Source: an uncultured virus (IMG/VR IMGVR_UViG_3300028595_000010) (taxonomy: Duplodnaviria; Heunggongvirae; Uroviricota; Caudoviricetes). Taken from it: DNA of 64,000 nucleotides. The notes under the pieces were generated by a model that saw only the letters and a program-made list of their open reading frames with translations, ran no database searches and had not been told where the DNA came from. This document shows positions 1-9,828 of this stretch, one piece after another. Made by a program: the position numbers and the translations under genes. The DNA lies in the IMG/VR virus record IMGVR_UViG_3300028595_000010. One strand, 5' to 3'. Within the stretch, counting starts at the first letter, position 1; each line of letters opens with the position of its first letter.

Positions 1-538
1 CCATTTGAATAAGAAATGGAAGAGATTCTTTGGTTACAGTAATTTCTGCCACCACATCTTCTGCGATTCCATCATTTTTCATAACAGTCAAATTTTCAAG
101 TCCTGCTCGTGACTTCAAAACTATATCGTCTGTACGATCGGGCATAAAAGCAATAGGGTCCACCGAAGAAGTAAAACCTCTAAATGGTCCAATTTTTTCA
201 TATATTTCGTATATCTTCTTTTTTGCCATATCCGTATTATTAGATATGACTGTATATGCCACATTATTATCGTTGCAATATTTTAATATCTTCGCAAGAG
301 GTTTGAATAAGGTTGGCTCACCTCCATATAAAATAAAAAAGCACTGAGGATTATTGGCCATAATTCGACCAATCAAATCAATCCACTCTGATGCATTCAT
401 CTCGTTGAGGTGATAATGAGACATCTTAGGGTAGTCAACAGGCATATCCGCATAATTTCTAACTATATTACAATAAGAACATGCAAGATTACATTTTCTT
501 GTTAGTAAGATATTAGCTACCCATATCTGATTGATCAT
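1..538 (-). CDS. radical SAM protein, truncated by window edge
   Basis: Not in ORF track. Manual translation from ATG at 538: MINQIWVANILLTRKCNLACSYCNIV... has CxxxCxxC and a downstream YGGEPTL motif; start overlaps the stop of the upstream ORF (ATGA). Confidence 0.85.
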   Translation of the reverse strand, partial: MINQIWVANILLTRKCNLACSYCNIVRNYADMPVDYPKMSHYHLNEMNASEWIDLIGRIMANNPQCFFILYGGEPTLFKPLAKILKYCNDNNVAYTVISNNTDMAKKKIYEIYEKIGPFRGFTSSVDPIAFMPDRTDDIVLKSRAGLENLTVMKNDGIAEDVVAEITVTKESLPFLIQM

Positions 539-960
539 ACAACCACCTTATTTTTAATTGCATTATTATATTTAATAATTTCTTTGGCTAGTTGTTTAGC
601 ATTATATAATGACCAGTCATCTATAACTGACATTATACCTCCGAGTATACAATCTATATATTTTTCATTTAATACATTCATAAAAATTACAACATTTCTA
701 TCATGCCTCGAATAATCACTTAATTTGGAGGAAAGAATTCCTCCAGCGCAATACAAAAAGTGTGACAATAATTTATGTTCAACACTATTGTGTGGGGTTA
801 TAAGAAAACCAGGTTTATAATTTAAAGTTCTAATCGACATACTAAGTTGATGGAGTCTATCACTAGTTAGTTCATATTCTCCATTTGCTTGATTATAAAT
901 TTTTTCTATTTGGGATTCGTTCAGATTTTTTGGAAAATTGCATAAAATCAATCGAGACAT
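535..960 (-). CDS. hypothetical protein
   Basis: 141 aa ORF with AGGAG RBS; no recognised motif. Confidence 0.65.
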   Translation of the reverse strand: MSRLILCNFPKNLNESQIEKIYNQANGEYELTSDRLHQLSMSIRTLNYKPGFLITPHNSVEHKLLSHFLYCAGGILSSKLSDYSRHDRNVVIFMNVLNEKYIDCILGGIMSVIDDWSLYNAKQLAKEIIKYNNAIKNKVVV

Positions 961-979
961 AATTAAACTCCTTAAAAAT

Positions 980-1010
980 TAGACGCTGATAAACTTAATA
1001 TCAGCGTCTA
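980..1010 (-). terminator. intrinsic terminator-like hairpin
   Basis: TAGACGCTGATA / TATCAGCGTCTA perfect inverted repeat just after the stop at 1028, with a short U-tract on the minus strand. Confidence 0.6.
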
Positions 1011-1027
1011 GATGAATCTATCTATTC

Positions 1028-1909
1028 TTAAATTCCGAGGTCGAGTTCTTCTTCCGGAATTCCGTCTGCAACGTTTTCAATGGAATTGGACCCAGAATCT
1101 TCTCCAACAGAGTCAAAGGTAACGTTTTCTTTTTCCGAAGAAGAAATCGCATCTCTGCCTCCTGTACTGTTGAAATTACTGTTCACTGAAGATAGATCAA
1201 ATTGAGTTTTAAATGGTTCCCACCATTTCTGGCATCTGTCCATCAACTGCTCAACTGTATTGTCCGGGAGTTGAGAACCTACTTCGAAATCGTGTAAGTA
1301 TGGGCGATTCCCATAGGAATTTACATCGCCGATTTTAACCTTGACGTTGCAGATGAAACGACGAGGAAGAACAATTGCCTTCTCAAAATTTGGATCATCC
1401 GACAGAGGCTCAAGATTTTCTCCCTGTTTATTCAGAGAGTTCACATAGTCTATAGCAGGACCAAATTTGGAACCGTTACATTTGAAAAAGATAAATGCAG
1501 TTCTTTCTGGTTCCAATTTATCCGGAATTGGTTTCATATTTTTATCAAGAAGAACACCGGCAAAAAGATATACCATCTTAGCACCATCAGGAGTATTCTC
1601 TTCTTTTTCTGGATTGAAAGAAAACCAAGTCAGATTACTCCTCTGAGTCTGTGGATCTTTTTCGTACTTTTCCCGAACTTTCTTGATGAACATGGGAATG
1701 AATTTGACCTCTGTCGCATTGTGGATAAGGTATTTTTCATCCCCCGCCTCATCCCATTTCTGAGAATAGATTGCACTCATTGTTCCTGGTGTTTGCCCTT
1801 CACGGGGAGTTCCAGTAATAAATACTTTGACGAAAGGTCCCTTCTCTCGAGAACCTCCAACGTCAGATCCTTCATACAAATCGCCGTACTGTTTTGAGCT
1901 AATAGCCAT
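1028..1909 (-). CDS. putative single-stranded DNA-binding protein
   Basis: 293 aa, aromatic-rich core with a strongly acidic tail ending EEELDLGI, typical of phage SSBs; function inferred. Confidence 0.45.
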   Translation of the reverse strand: MAISSKQYGDLYEGSDVGGSREKGPFVKVFITGTPREGQTPGTMSAIYSQKWDEAGDEKYLIHNATEVKFIPMFIKKVREKYEKDPQTQRSNLTWFSFNPEKEENTPDGAKMVYLFAGVLLDKNMKPIPDKLEPERTAFIFFKCNGSKFGPAIDYVNSLNKQGENLEPLSDDPNFEKAIVLPRRFICNVKVKIGDVNSYGNRPYLHDFEVGSQLPDNTVEQLMDRCQKWWEPFKTQFDLSSVNSNFNSTGGRDAISSSEKENVTFDSVGEDSGSNSIENVADGIPEEELDLGI

Positions 1910-2114
1910 GGATTTTACCTATTGTTGGGGGGTTTACTTTTCCATAGAAAAAAGATGGAATAAAAAACAACTAAGATACTTAAAGATTTCCTACGAAACA
2001 CTCTCACCTACAGATCTTTAAGTTTGAAATGAATCTTACTTAAAAATCATGTAGGTGATGAATATCTCTATCACAAATAAATATATTTAGACAACCAGAT
2101 CTATAAATACTTCA

Positions 2115-2345
2115 TTATACAAACGAAACAGGAGCTTTAGGATTAGTAAGATCCAAAGTCAGATTTGGTGCTTGTGCAGTATGAATCAAATTCAAACTTG
2201 CAGTCAATTGTGGCGTCAGTTTACAAGGAATAATAATCTCTGTGCCGTCAGCCATTTTAATGTAGATTTGATCCATTGCTGGTGTTACACTTGCAGGTCT
2301 CTTTTCAGATTCCATTTTCATGTTCATTGTGATGAGTTTAAACAT
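2115..2345 (-). CDS. hypothetical protein
   Basis: 76 aa ORF overlapping the stop of the upstream gene. Confidence 0.55.
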   Translation of the reverse strand: MFKLITMNMKMESEKRPASVTPAMDQIYIKMADGTEIIIPCKLTPQLTASLNLIHTAQAPNLTLDLTNPKAPVSFV

Positions 2346-2961
2346 CGCTCAATCCTTCATTTTTGAGATAATAATCGGTTACAACTGCATTTTTATCTTT
2401 CAATATCAGATACATTAAAGTCCCTATCATATCTTCTCTAGAAGCAAGATGGAACCACTTTTTCAATAAATATGGGAGTGCTTCTTGGTCGTCATCTAAC
2501 AACCGTTTCACAAACGTTCTAAGATTCAATATGAGATAATCTCTAAACCTCTGTTCGTCAAAAACTATTTCAGGATCCTCTACCGGCAAATACTTTACTA
2601 GATACTCTCTCCATTTGTTTTGCTCAAAAAACATGAGCATCTTTTTCAGTTCAGTCTCAACTGGAAAATTTGGAAATGGGTCTTCTTGATTATCTAACAA
2701 ATAATCCAAATCATATATGTCAATCATTCGTTGAAGACATGATCTATATAAATTAGACTTTTGAGTTTCATCTAGTTCGAGCATAAGCTCATTGTAGAAA
2801 AGGTCAATATTCCTTCCGCATTCTTCAGTCCCAATAGTTTCAAGTATAGAATCATACTTGAATTGAACTTGGGCTCTCTCATTTATATCATCCTGTGAAT
2901 TCCAATTGTCCTCTGTCCAAGGATTGGCAGGAATTGAGAGATAGTAATCGAGACTTTTCAT
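2338..2961 (-). CDS. hypothetical protein
   Basis: 207 aa acidic ORF preceded by an AGAACAAAT motif. Confidence 0.7.
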   Translation of the reverse strand: MKSLDYYLSIPANPWTEDNWNSQDDINERAQVQFKYDSILETIGTEECGRNIDLFYNELMLELDETQKSNLYRSCLQRMIDIYDLDYLLDNQEDPFPNFPVETELKKMLMFFEQNKWREYLVKYLPVEDPEIVFDEQRFRDYLILNLRTFVKRLLDDDQEALPYLLKKWFHLASREDMIGTLMYLILKDKNAVVTDYYLKNEGLSDV

Positions 2962-2993
2962 AAATGCTTCTTTTAAGTATTTGTTCTAAAGTT

Positions 2994-4982
2994 TTACATA
3001 TCGGGCTCCAGCATAAGCCCATACATGTAAACATTAAACAAATCTCTTGTAGGAGAAGTTTTTGGTATCTGATAATCAGATCCGCCCGTCTGAACAATGT
3101 CTGAAATAATTCTATCTTTAGTCACATGATCATCTGATAATGGGCCAAAGAATTCTCTCAAGACATTCGTTGCGCCATGATTAATCAGAGCATAACTATC
3201 AAGCTCTCCGATTCTTTGTCCACCGCCTGCTTTCTTTCCGGCGGTTGCTTGGCGAGTAATCTGATTAACCATCCCTGTAGATCTAGCTGACATCTTTATA
3301 CCGCTCTGCTGTTCAAGCTTTTTGTAATAAAGATATCCAACTGCAATAGGTCGAATGGTTTTTGTTCCAAACTCTTTCAAATGAAGATTATATGCAGGTT
3401 TTGCTCCAACCAATGCCATAGCTCTCTTTATATCTGCTATTGTAGGATTTTTAAATGGAGGAATGATGATTGGAAACAGATAGTTTTTATCCACTATAGA
3501 CTGAATATATTGAGCATACTGTCTATCTGACATATTTCTCATTGCTGCTGTCATCGATCTAGCAATCTTATTATCTGGCGTTCCATCCAATGCAGATAGT
3601 ACCTCTTCCACCAATTTAATTGCTTTAGCATTTTTCTTTGATCCAAATGCTACTATCTTCTTAGCAAGAAATTTGGATACCAAAGATGTATGAAGCTCCA
3701 ATAAAGTGGACGGATTCATTCTATTGACAATTGCAATAGGATTCAAGATAACATCGACATGTTCTCCCCAAGGAGTCAGTGGCATATTCTCTTCTTTTTC
3801 AATCAAAGCAATACACCCTTTTCCTCCGTAATGGTTTGTAATCTTGTCTCCTAACTCACAAGTCTGCATTTCTTCCATCTTAAATCTAATAAGGACTCCG
3901 CTAAATTGTTCCTTAGAAGATCCAATTTTAGATGTGAATTTTGATGGGAAGGATTTTCCATGTGTCTCTTTATATTTGTCTCTGAACTTGTGGAACGGTT
4001 CAACAAGGACAGGAAATTTAGTTATCTTAACATTTGGATAGATTTCAAGAGATACAATTTTTCCTCCTGGAGATTTCGTCAAAATCTGACCAGCTTGAAT
4101 TTCATCAATATCTAATCCAACTAACTGTTCAATCTCTTTGGATGTTCTGATCAATAGAGGTTCCCCTCTCTTTGTCATTGCACCCTCTTTTGCGATTTGT
4201 AGGACGTTGTCAGCAGATCTTACCAACACTTCAATTTCGTGGTAGGCGGGCGATGTTAACTTCTCCCTAGCTATCCTATCTGAGATTATATAACCGTCCT
4301 CGTATGAATATCCCTTCCAGTTCATAACTGCACAGAGCAAATTGGTGCCTGTAGAGATCATTCCATCCTTAACGTGCTTTCCTTCAGCAACAATCTGATT
4401 CTTCTTAACAGATTGTCCTTCTTTGACAATAGGCTTGAAGTAGTTAAGGGAACTCTGTCCTTGTCCAGCTCTCAATAATTGAGGCTCAAGTGAAATCTTT
4501 TGGAGCCTGCCTGACTTCAGTTTGATCGTAATCACATTCTCGGTTATTGATACGATCTTCCCATCATTGATCGCCTTCTTGATATATGAGTCCGATAGAA
4601 TAGATGTGAGGACTGATTCATATCCTGTTTGAACAATAGGAGGCTCTGCTCCGTTAATAGGAATTGCCTGACGACCTTGAGATCCAGAAAACATTACTCG
4701 AGCGCCATCACATGATCCAATAAATGGAATCATTACGGAGTTAACACCCAATGCACTCCCTTTAAGATCTTTTTCGTCAGACTTATCAATAAAAGAACCA
4801 CGTCCTGATGTAATAGATGCATCCACACTAAGTTGATTGATGATTCCAACATTAGAATTATGTGTAGCTATTCCATTGGCCAATAAAAATGTGTTATCAG
4901 GAGTGTCTACCTGAATATCTACCATCTCAACTATTTCATCAGTTTCTACAATAGACTCTATATCCACATATGTCTTCTTCAT
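2994..4982 (-). CDS. rpoB: split-intein C fragment fused to the C-terminal part of RNA polymerase beta subunit
   Basis: First 42 aa end in FLLANGIATHN/S (intein blocks F/G); then beta motifs GDKITNHYGGKG, DVILNPIAIVNRMN, GGQRIGELD. Confidence 0.92.
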   Translation of the reverse strand: MKKTYVDIESIVETDEIVEMVDIQVDTPDNTFLLANGIATHNSNVGIINQLSVDASITSGRGSFIDKSDEKDLKGSALGVNSVMIPFIGSCDGARVMFSGSQGRQAIPINGAEPPIVQTGYESVLTSILSDSYIKKAINDGKIVSITENVITIKLKSGRLQKISLEPQLLRAGQGQSSLNYFKPIVKEGQSVKKNQIVAEGKHVKDGMISTGTNLLCAVMNWKGYSYEDGYIISDRIAREKLTSPAYHEIEVLVRSADNVLQIAKEGAMTKRGEPLLIRTSKEIEQLVGLDIDEIQAGQILTKSPGGKIVSLEIYPNVKITKFPVLVEPFHKFRDKYKETHGKSFPSKFTSKIGSSKEQFSGVLIRFKMEEMQTCELGDKITNHYGGKGCIALIEKEENMPLTPWGEHVDVILNPIAIVNRMNPSTLLELHTSLVSKFLAKKIVAFGSKKNAKAIKLVEEVLSALDGTPDNKIARSMTAAMRNMSDRQYAQYIQSIVDKNYLFPIIIPPFKNPTIADIKRAMALVGAKPAYNLHLKEFGTKTIRPIAVGYLYYKKLEQQSGIKMSARSTGMVNQITRQATAGKKAGGGQRIGELDSYALINHGATNVLREFFGPLSDDHVTKDRIISDIVQTGGSDYQIPKTSPTRDLFNVYMYGLMLEPDM
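4857..4982 (-). mobile_element. split intein IntC (42 aa)
   Basis: MKKTYVDIESI...VDIQV...NTFLLANGIATHN followed by +1 Ser (SNVGIINQL). Confidence 0.9.
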
Positions 4983-6520
4983 TATTCTCGTTCCAGAAAT
5001 TCAATACATTGTTTTAGTATTTGTTCCGGATTAGCAATGTAATCTTGTTCCCAAATAATTAGTACATCAATTCCCCTAAACTTAATGTACTCTAATCGGT
5101 CTTTATCATTTTGCCAAATATCTTTGGCTGTTAGATTATTATGAACTACATCATCTGAAAAAAATTTAATATGATTAGCATGCCAAAAATCTCCGTTAAA
5201 TTCAATGCATCTGTTAGTGTGGGTATCAAAAAAATCTAAACAATAATATGTATCCAATTTTACCAATACATATTCAAAATTTAATGTTGCGAAATTAAAA
5301 GTATCTCTTTTAATAGTTGATCTAATCTTATTAAATAATTCTTGAGATATTAAAGAATATCCTTTTCTAAATTTAGATATATTCTTTACAAATTCCAAAT
5401 ATCTTTTAGTTCCTTCTTCTTCCCCATATTTTCTAATACTAACTTCTAAATTATATTTAGACTTCTCACAAAATTCACTATGCTTAATAGGTCCTTCAAC
5501 TTCCCCATACTTATCAATAAACCAACCTAGTGTACATTTTCCTTTAAGTTTATCCAAATATTCTTTATATTTTTTAGGCCCCTCTTCTTCTCCATAACGA
5601 TCAATCATATTTTCTAGAGTTTGTTTACTAGAATCTCTAAATTTATCCCATTTCTCTTTTCCTATCGTTTTCCCATGTCTTTTTATAAGATTTTCTAAAG
5701 TAATAGTTTTTCTTTGATTATAATCTTCATACTTCCTAATCCCTTCCTCTTTTCCATATTTTTTAATAAAATTAGATTTAGTACATTTTCGACTATCTAT
5801 AATTTCTTGAGCTCTTTCTTCTCCATATCTTTCAATTAAATAATCGAAATTGTTCATTCCTTGTCTATACTTATCATATTTTTCAAATATTTTAGTCCCT
5901 TCTTCTTTCCCATGTTTATCTATATAATATTGCCTATCTTCCCTAACACATTGTTTAGAAATAAATGAATCCCATCTTTTAGTCCCTTCTTCTTTCCCAT
6001 ATTTTTCTAAAAATCCTTCTTTTGTAGACATTTTAGATAGTTTAATAGATCTTTCTTTATATTTGATCAATCCATCATTTTCTCCATACTTTTCAATAAA
6101 CCACTGCTTAGTATATCTCCCCTTACCAACATTAGACATTTCAGAAAGTTTATTTGTTGCAACCTCTTGCCCATAAACCTTAATCATATATTCTTTAGAT
6201 TTTTTATTCATACTATGTTTAGGGCAATTTTTATTAATTCCATCAAAACATATTCTAGATTCTGTATGATAACTCTTTACTTCAAATTTAACAACATTTT
6301 CTTCAATATGTATAACTACCTCCCCTATTCTCCTAAGCCATCCACAAAATACACATTTATCTACATCATCCGCAGACAACATTAGTTTAATTAAAATTTC
6401 CTCAATCTGTGCACCCTTAATAAGATGCTCTTTCTTTAACAAAAATCTTATACTTCGTCTTTTAGTATTTTGAGTTTCTTTTATTTTATCTAAAAAAACA
6501 TCTATTGGAAATGTAATCAT
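4982..6520 (-). CDS. free-standing homing endonuclease (Vsr/DUF559-like PD-(D/E)xK C-terminal domain with KYGxEEG repeats)
   Basis: About 10 copies of a (K/R)(Y/H)G(E/K)EEG repeat; C-terminal LDFF...IEFNGDFWHAN...IIWE motif; very AT-rich; sits between the two intein halves. Confidence 0.8.
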   Translation of the reverse strand: MITFPIDVFLDKIKETQNTKRRSIRFLLKKEHLIKGAQIEEILIKLMLSADDVDKCVFCGWLRRIGEVVIHIEENVVKFEVKSYHTESRICFDGINKNCPKHSMNKKSKEYMIKVYGQEVATNKLSEMSNVGKGRYTKQWFIEKYGENDGLIKYKERSIKLSKMSTKEGFLEKYGKEEGTKRWDSFISKQCVREDRQYYIDKHGKEEGTKIFEKYDKYRQGMNNFDYLIERYGEERAQEIIDSRKCTKSNFIKKYGKEEGIRKYEDYNQRKTITLENLIKRHGKTIGKEKWDKFRDSSKQTLENMIDRYGEEEGPKKYKEYLDKLKGKCTLGWFIDKYGEVEGPIKHSEFCEKSKYNLEVSIRKYGEEEGTKRYLEFVKNISKFRKGYSLISQELFNKIRSTIKRDTFNFATLNFEYVLVKLDTYYCLDFFDTHTNRCIEFNGDFWHANHIKFFSDDVVHNNLTAKDIWQNDKDRLEYIKFRGIDVLIIWEQDYIANPEQILKQCIEFLERE

Positions 6521-6628
6521 TTTTAAAAAATTCCTTTAACAGATATTAGCAGAATAGGATCCTAAAGCCTCTGCTAAAAACTAAAGGACCCATTTACGTA
6601 AAATTTTTATTTATTCTTTTAAAATTAT

Positions 6629-6928
6629 TTAGTCTTCCTGTGAGAACTTTATTAGTTTATAACGAGTTGGATCTTTTAATAACTCGGAAGTTCTCACAAT
6701 AACTTCTTTTTCTAACATAGTATCATATACTGGCCATCTATGTTGAGGGCTACATTCAATTCTTTCAGATTCTGTTGTAACAATCATTTTTTGTTTTGGA
6801 TGATCCTTACGACATATGACAGCATATTTATTACCGTCTGACCATAGTATCGAATCGCCTGGAAAAACGTCGCCTATACGCTTTATTTTACCCTTATCAA
6901 CCAAAATTTCAGAGTTTGATAAAATTGA
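6629..6928 (-). mobile_element. split intein IntN (99 aa, Ser1)
   Basis: Starts SILSNSEILV directly after TPEG; has KRIGDV.PGD and SPQHRW motifs; ORF stops without block G. Confidence 0.85.
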
Positions 6929-9274
6929 TCCTTCCGGTGTATCCATGGAATCGATATTTCCGTAATAAGTCTTATGAATGTTTCTTCCGCCTTTTGTAAT
7001 GGCATTCGCATCTGGGACACCACCTTCTCCAACTGGAGTCAATCGGGTCAAACATGACAACTCTTCAGTCGGATTGATGTTTTCTAGGTCCCTGACTAGC
7101 TTCGAGTTGATTACCTCTTTGACTGCCTGAGTAACATCCAATACATAGTCTGCATCATCATCGCCAGAAACTCTCTTGAATCTATAATTGTTGTATGCTC
7201 CAAGAATAAGCTTCTGAATTTGATGTGCGAAGATTTCAGAGGATCTAATACGTTGATGCGAAATATCATTACGGTCATCAACTCTACCTTTCATAAGTTC
7301 TTCACAGATATACAATAGAACTTGAGGAAGGGTGAATGGGAGAAGTTTGGTTTTCAAGATCTGAACAGAAACTGGTTCCATGATATTTTCAAGGACCATA
7401 TTGATTTTAAACATACAGTTTCTGTTGCCTGTAATCTTCACAATAGCTTTCTGGAAACTATCTCTATTCAATATTTCCTGAGGACTGAATGTTACAGGAA
7501 TCTGCCACAATGAATTGAATAAAACTTCTGATGCAGGAGTTCCTTGCTCATGAATTAAGAATGTTCCATCAGCTAGAGGATAAGAAAGTTTCTCAGGATT
7601 AGCTTGTGGTTGGAATGAATACTTGAATTTGAATAGCTTAGCTACTTCATTGAATCCAAGATAGTATCCGAATAAAGCCATTAATGGAAGTTTATATCCA
7701 CCTATACGAATATGGAAGTAATCCTTGGCCTTTGTAATCTTTCTATTGATCGCTACTGGCGCATATAATGTCTCTAGTTTAGCTTGTCCTTCCTTAATAA
7801 AGAAGATAGGATCAAGAATAATCTGATAGATTAAATACTTCTTCTTCCCATTGATTGTAAATGATCCGTCGTCCATCAATCTAGGCACAGTAATCTGTAC
7901 AGGATGTTTCTTTGATTTTCTTCTTGGATCCTGGAGAACAATATCGTAAGTGTCATAATATGTAGGATTGAGATCTCCTGAATCAGGATCTTCTACAGAT
8001 TTCTTCAATTTGATTAATTTGAGCGGATAGTCTTTATTCTCCAATAAAAGGAATGCTGCTCTTAAATCTCTTTCAAATGAAGAAGAGAAATCTTGCTTTC
8101 TCTTATTGAGGATATGACTGGGTTCCTTGTGATCAAGAACATCTGGGAGATTGACTGCAGATATAAGAGGATCTCTAGAGTTGTTTTGAGATTTATCATG
8201 TTGAACTACATCATTCAACAACTCTTCCTTTACTCTCTTGAACATGTATTTACGCTGCTCAACTGGAGTATCATCTACAAGTTTAGTTGATTTGAGCAAA
8301 TCTCCCGATACACTATAAAGGATAGACTTTGTAGCAAGTGAGTATGCAGAGTCTTTATCTATACCTCTAGCTAATACAGTCTTTCTGTATTTCTCAGGAA
8401 GTCTTTTAAGATAACCAGCTATTGCTCCAGTTATCGTAGATTCCTCTTCGGCCTTCTTTTGATAGTAAGGATCCGCTTCAGTGGCCCCAGGAGGAGTGAT
8501 AATTGTCTCGTCAGGATCTGATTTCTTTTCAATTACATTATCTTCTTCATTCGGATCAAAATCTAACTTGTCTGTAACTTTTGATGCCGCTGCTTCTGAT
8601 TCATCATCAAGGACATAATCTGGCTTCTTTGATTGAAGTTGAGATAAAACCACTCTCACTCTGGAATATTGAAGTTCATCTCCTGGTTTACCCAGACATT
8701 GATAATGGCTTACTCCATCTCTGATTATGTTTATGAGGAAGTAGTCAAAAGGATTGGTTCTCTCATTTGCCCACATTTCCCATACAGGAAGAATGCGTCT
8801 AAACCAGAATGCTCTAGGTACTGGTTTATCCAAATCAATTGTATAGAGGAATACTTTTTGTACTCCTTCAAGACTGCCTCTTAATCCACTAAGATACGAC
8901 TGAATCCTAGAGTTTACTATACCTCTTCTGTAACTTCCTTTCTTGAATCTTGAATCAATCGCATCAATGAAATGGGATAAATCAATATAGAAGTTATCTC
9001 TAAGCTTCTTAGGATCCCGAACTGGAATGATGCCTATCTGTCTGTAGATTTTCATCATATCCGCAGTAACTAATAATTTGGGATATTTGGATCCAACTAC
9101 ATATGCTTTACGGACATCTGTCCGTTTGATATCCATTGAACCATAACTGTCAATGAAAGTAGTATTTTCTGGATAATAAATGATGGCGTATTGCTCGCCG
9201 CCGTGTCGATTAGGAACTCTTATGTTCCTAGCTGTAAACGGATACAGCGGAATATTGTTTAGTATAATTGCCAT
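6629..9274 (-). CDS. rpoB: N-terminal part of RNA polymerase beta subunit fused to split-intein N fragment
   Basis: GSFTINGKK, DDRNDISHQRIRS, INPTEELSCLTR, HKTYYGNIDSMDTPEG (bacterial HYGRxCPIETPEG); then a 99 aa Hint N-fragment with CSPQHRW (block B-like). Confidence 0.9.
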   Translation of the reverse strand: MAIILNNIPLYPFTARNIRVPNRHGGEQYAIIYYPENTTFIDSYGSMDIKRTDVRKAYVVGSKYPKLLVTADMMKIYRQIGIIPVRDPKKLRDNFYIDLSHFIDAIDSRFKKGSYRRGIVNSRIQSYLSGLRGSLEGVQKVFLYTIDLDKPVPRAFWFRRILPVWEMWANERTNPFDYFLINIIRDGVSHYQCLGKPGDELQYSRVRVVLSQLQSKKPDYVLDDESEAAASKVTDKLDFDPNEEDNVIEKKSDPDETIITPPGATEADPYYQKKAEEESTITGAIAGYLKRLPEKYRKTVLARGIDKDSAYSLATKSILYSVSGDLLKSTKLVDDTPVEQRKYMFKRVKEELLNDVVQHDKSQNNSRDPLISAVNLPDVLDHKEPSHILNKRKQDFSSSFERDLRAAFLLLENKDYPLKLIKLKKSVEDPDSGDLNPTYYDTYDIVLQDPRRKSKKHPVQITVPRLMDDGSFTINGKKKYLIYQIILDPIFFIKEGQAKLETLYAPVAINRKITKAKDYFHIRIGGYKLPLMALFGYYLGFNEVAKLFKFKYSFQPQANPEKLSYPLADGTFLIHEQGTPASEVLFNSLWQIPVTFSPQEILNRDSFQKAIVKITGNRNCMFKINMVLENIMEPVSVQILKTKLLPFTLPQVLLYICEELMKGRVDDRNDISHQRIRSSEIFAHQIQKLILGAYNNYRFKRVSGDDDADYVLDVTQAVKEVINSKLVRDLENINPTEELSCLTRLTPVGEGGVPDANAITKGGRNIHKTYYGNIDSMDTPEGSILSNSEILVDKGKIKRIGDVFPGDSILWSDGNKYAVICRKDHPKQKMIVTTESERIECSPQHRWPVYDTMLEKEVIVRTSELLKDPTRYKLIKFSQED

Positions 9275-9275
9275 A

Positions 9276-9734
9276 TTACTTCTTTCTCAACAGCCAAACT
9301 CGTTCAATTTTCTTAGGAGATCTTTCATCTCGAATAATCGCCCAGGTACCAGGTAAAAGTTTTGTTGAAAATACAAAAGGGAGATCTGATTCTTGTGAAT
9401 CTCTCAATGAATTATATTTACTCTCCTCCGCATTTTGCAATCCATGAATCACATCTGAAAAAGACTTAGTTTGCCCTAGGATGATTCGTCTTCCCATTAT
9501 TCGCTCACCCTTAGTGCTCTTCTTCGGGTCTCTATTAGCAAGAAATGCAAAAGCTGTCCATCCGTCCATAAGTCTGGATCCATTAGTTCGTTCCTTTGAA
9601 AATCCAAAATATATCATGAAGTCGGTGTTATCTTGACCATAACTAATCACGATAGGTTTTTGTTTGATCCGTAGATTCTCCTCCATAGCTTCAGAAACAT
9701 ATGATTCTAGGAGTTCAAACCGTGGATCGGACAT
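9276..9734 (-). CDS. hypothetical protein
   Basis: 152 aa ORF abutting the beta gene. Confidence 0.7.
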   Translation of the reverse strand: MSDPRFELLESYVSEAMEENLRIKQKPIVISYGQDNTDFMIYFGFSKERTNGSRLMDGWTAFAFLANRDPKKSTKGERIMGRRIILGQTKSFSDVIHGLQNAEESKYNSLRDSQESDLPFVFSTKLLPGTWAIIRDERSPKKIERVWLLRKK

Positions 9735-9782
9735 ACATAACAGTTCCTTTTAAATTTATTCCCTTTCCCATATAACGTATCG

Positions 9783-9814
9783 AAAAGGGCGAGCACAGTC
9801 AAATGCTCGCCCTT
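9783..9814 (-). terminator. intrinsic terminator
   Basis: AAGGGCGAGCA / TGCTCGCCCTT hairpin with U-tract on the minus strand, just after the stop at 9829. Confidence 0.7.
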
Positions 9815-9828
9815 GAGAATTAATTAGC

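Noticed and set aside
30..347. Plus-strand 105 aa ORF
   Set aside because: Antisense shadow of the radical SAM gene; the same applies to the many short antisense ORFs in the track.
6521..6628. Group I intron explaining the interrupted beta gene
   Set aside because: The spacer is short and lacks P/Q/R/S elements, the IntC gene directly abuts the endonuclease stop, and split-intein motifs explain the break.
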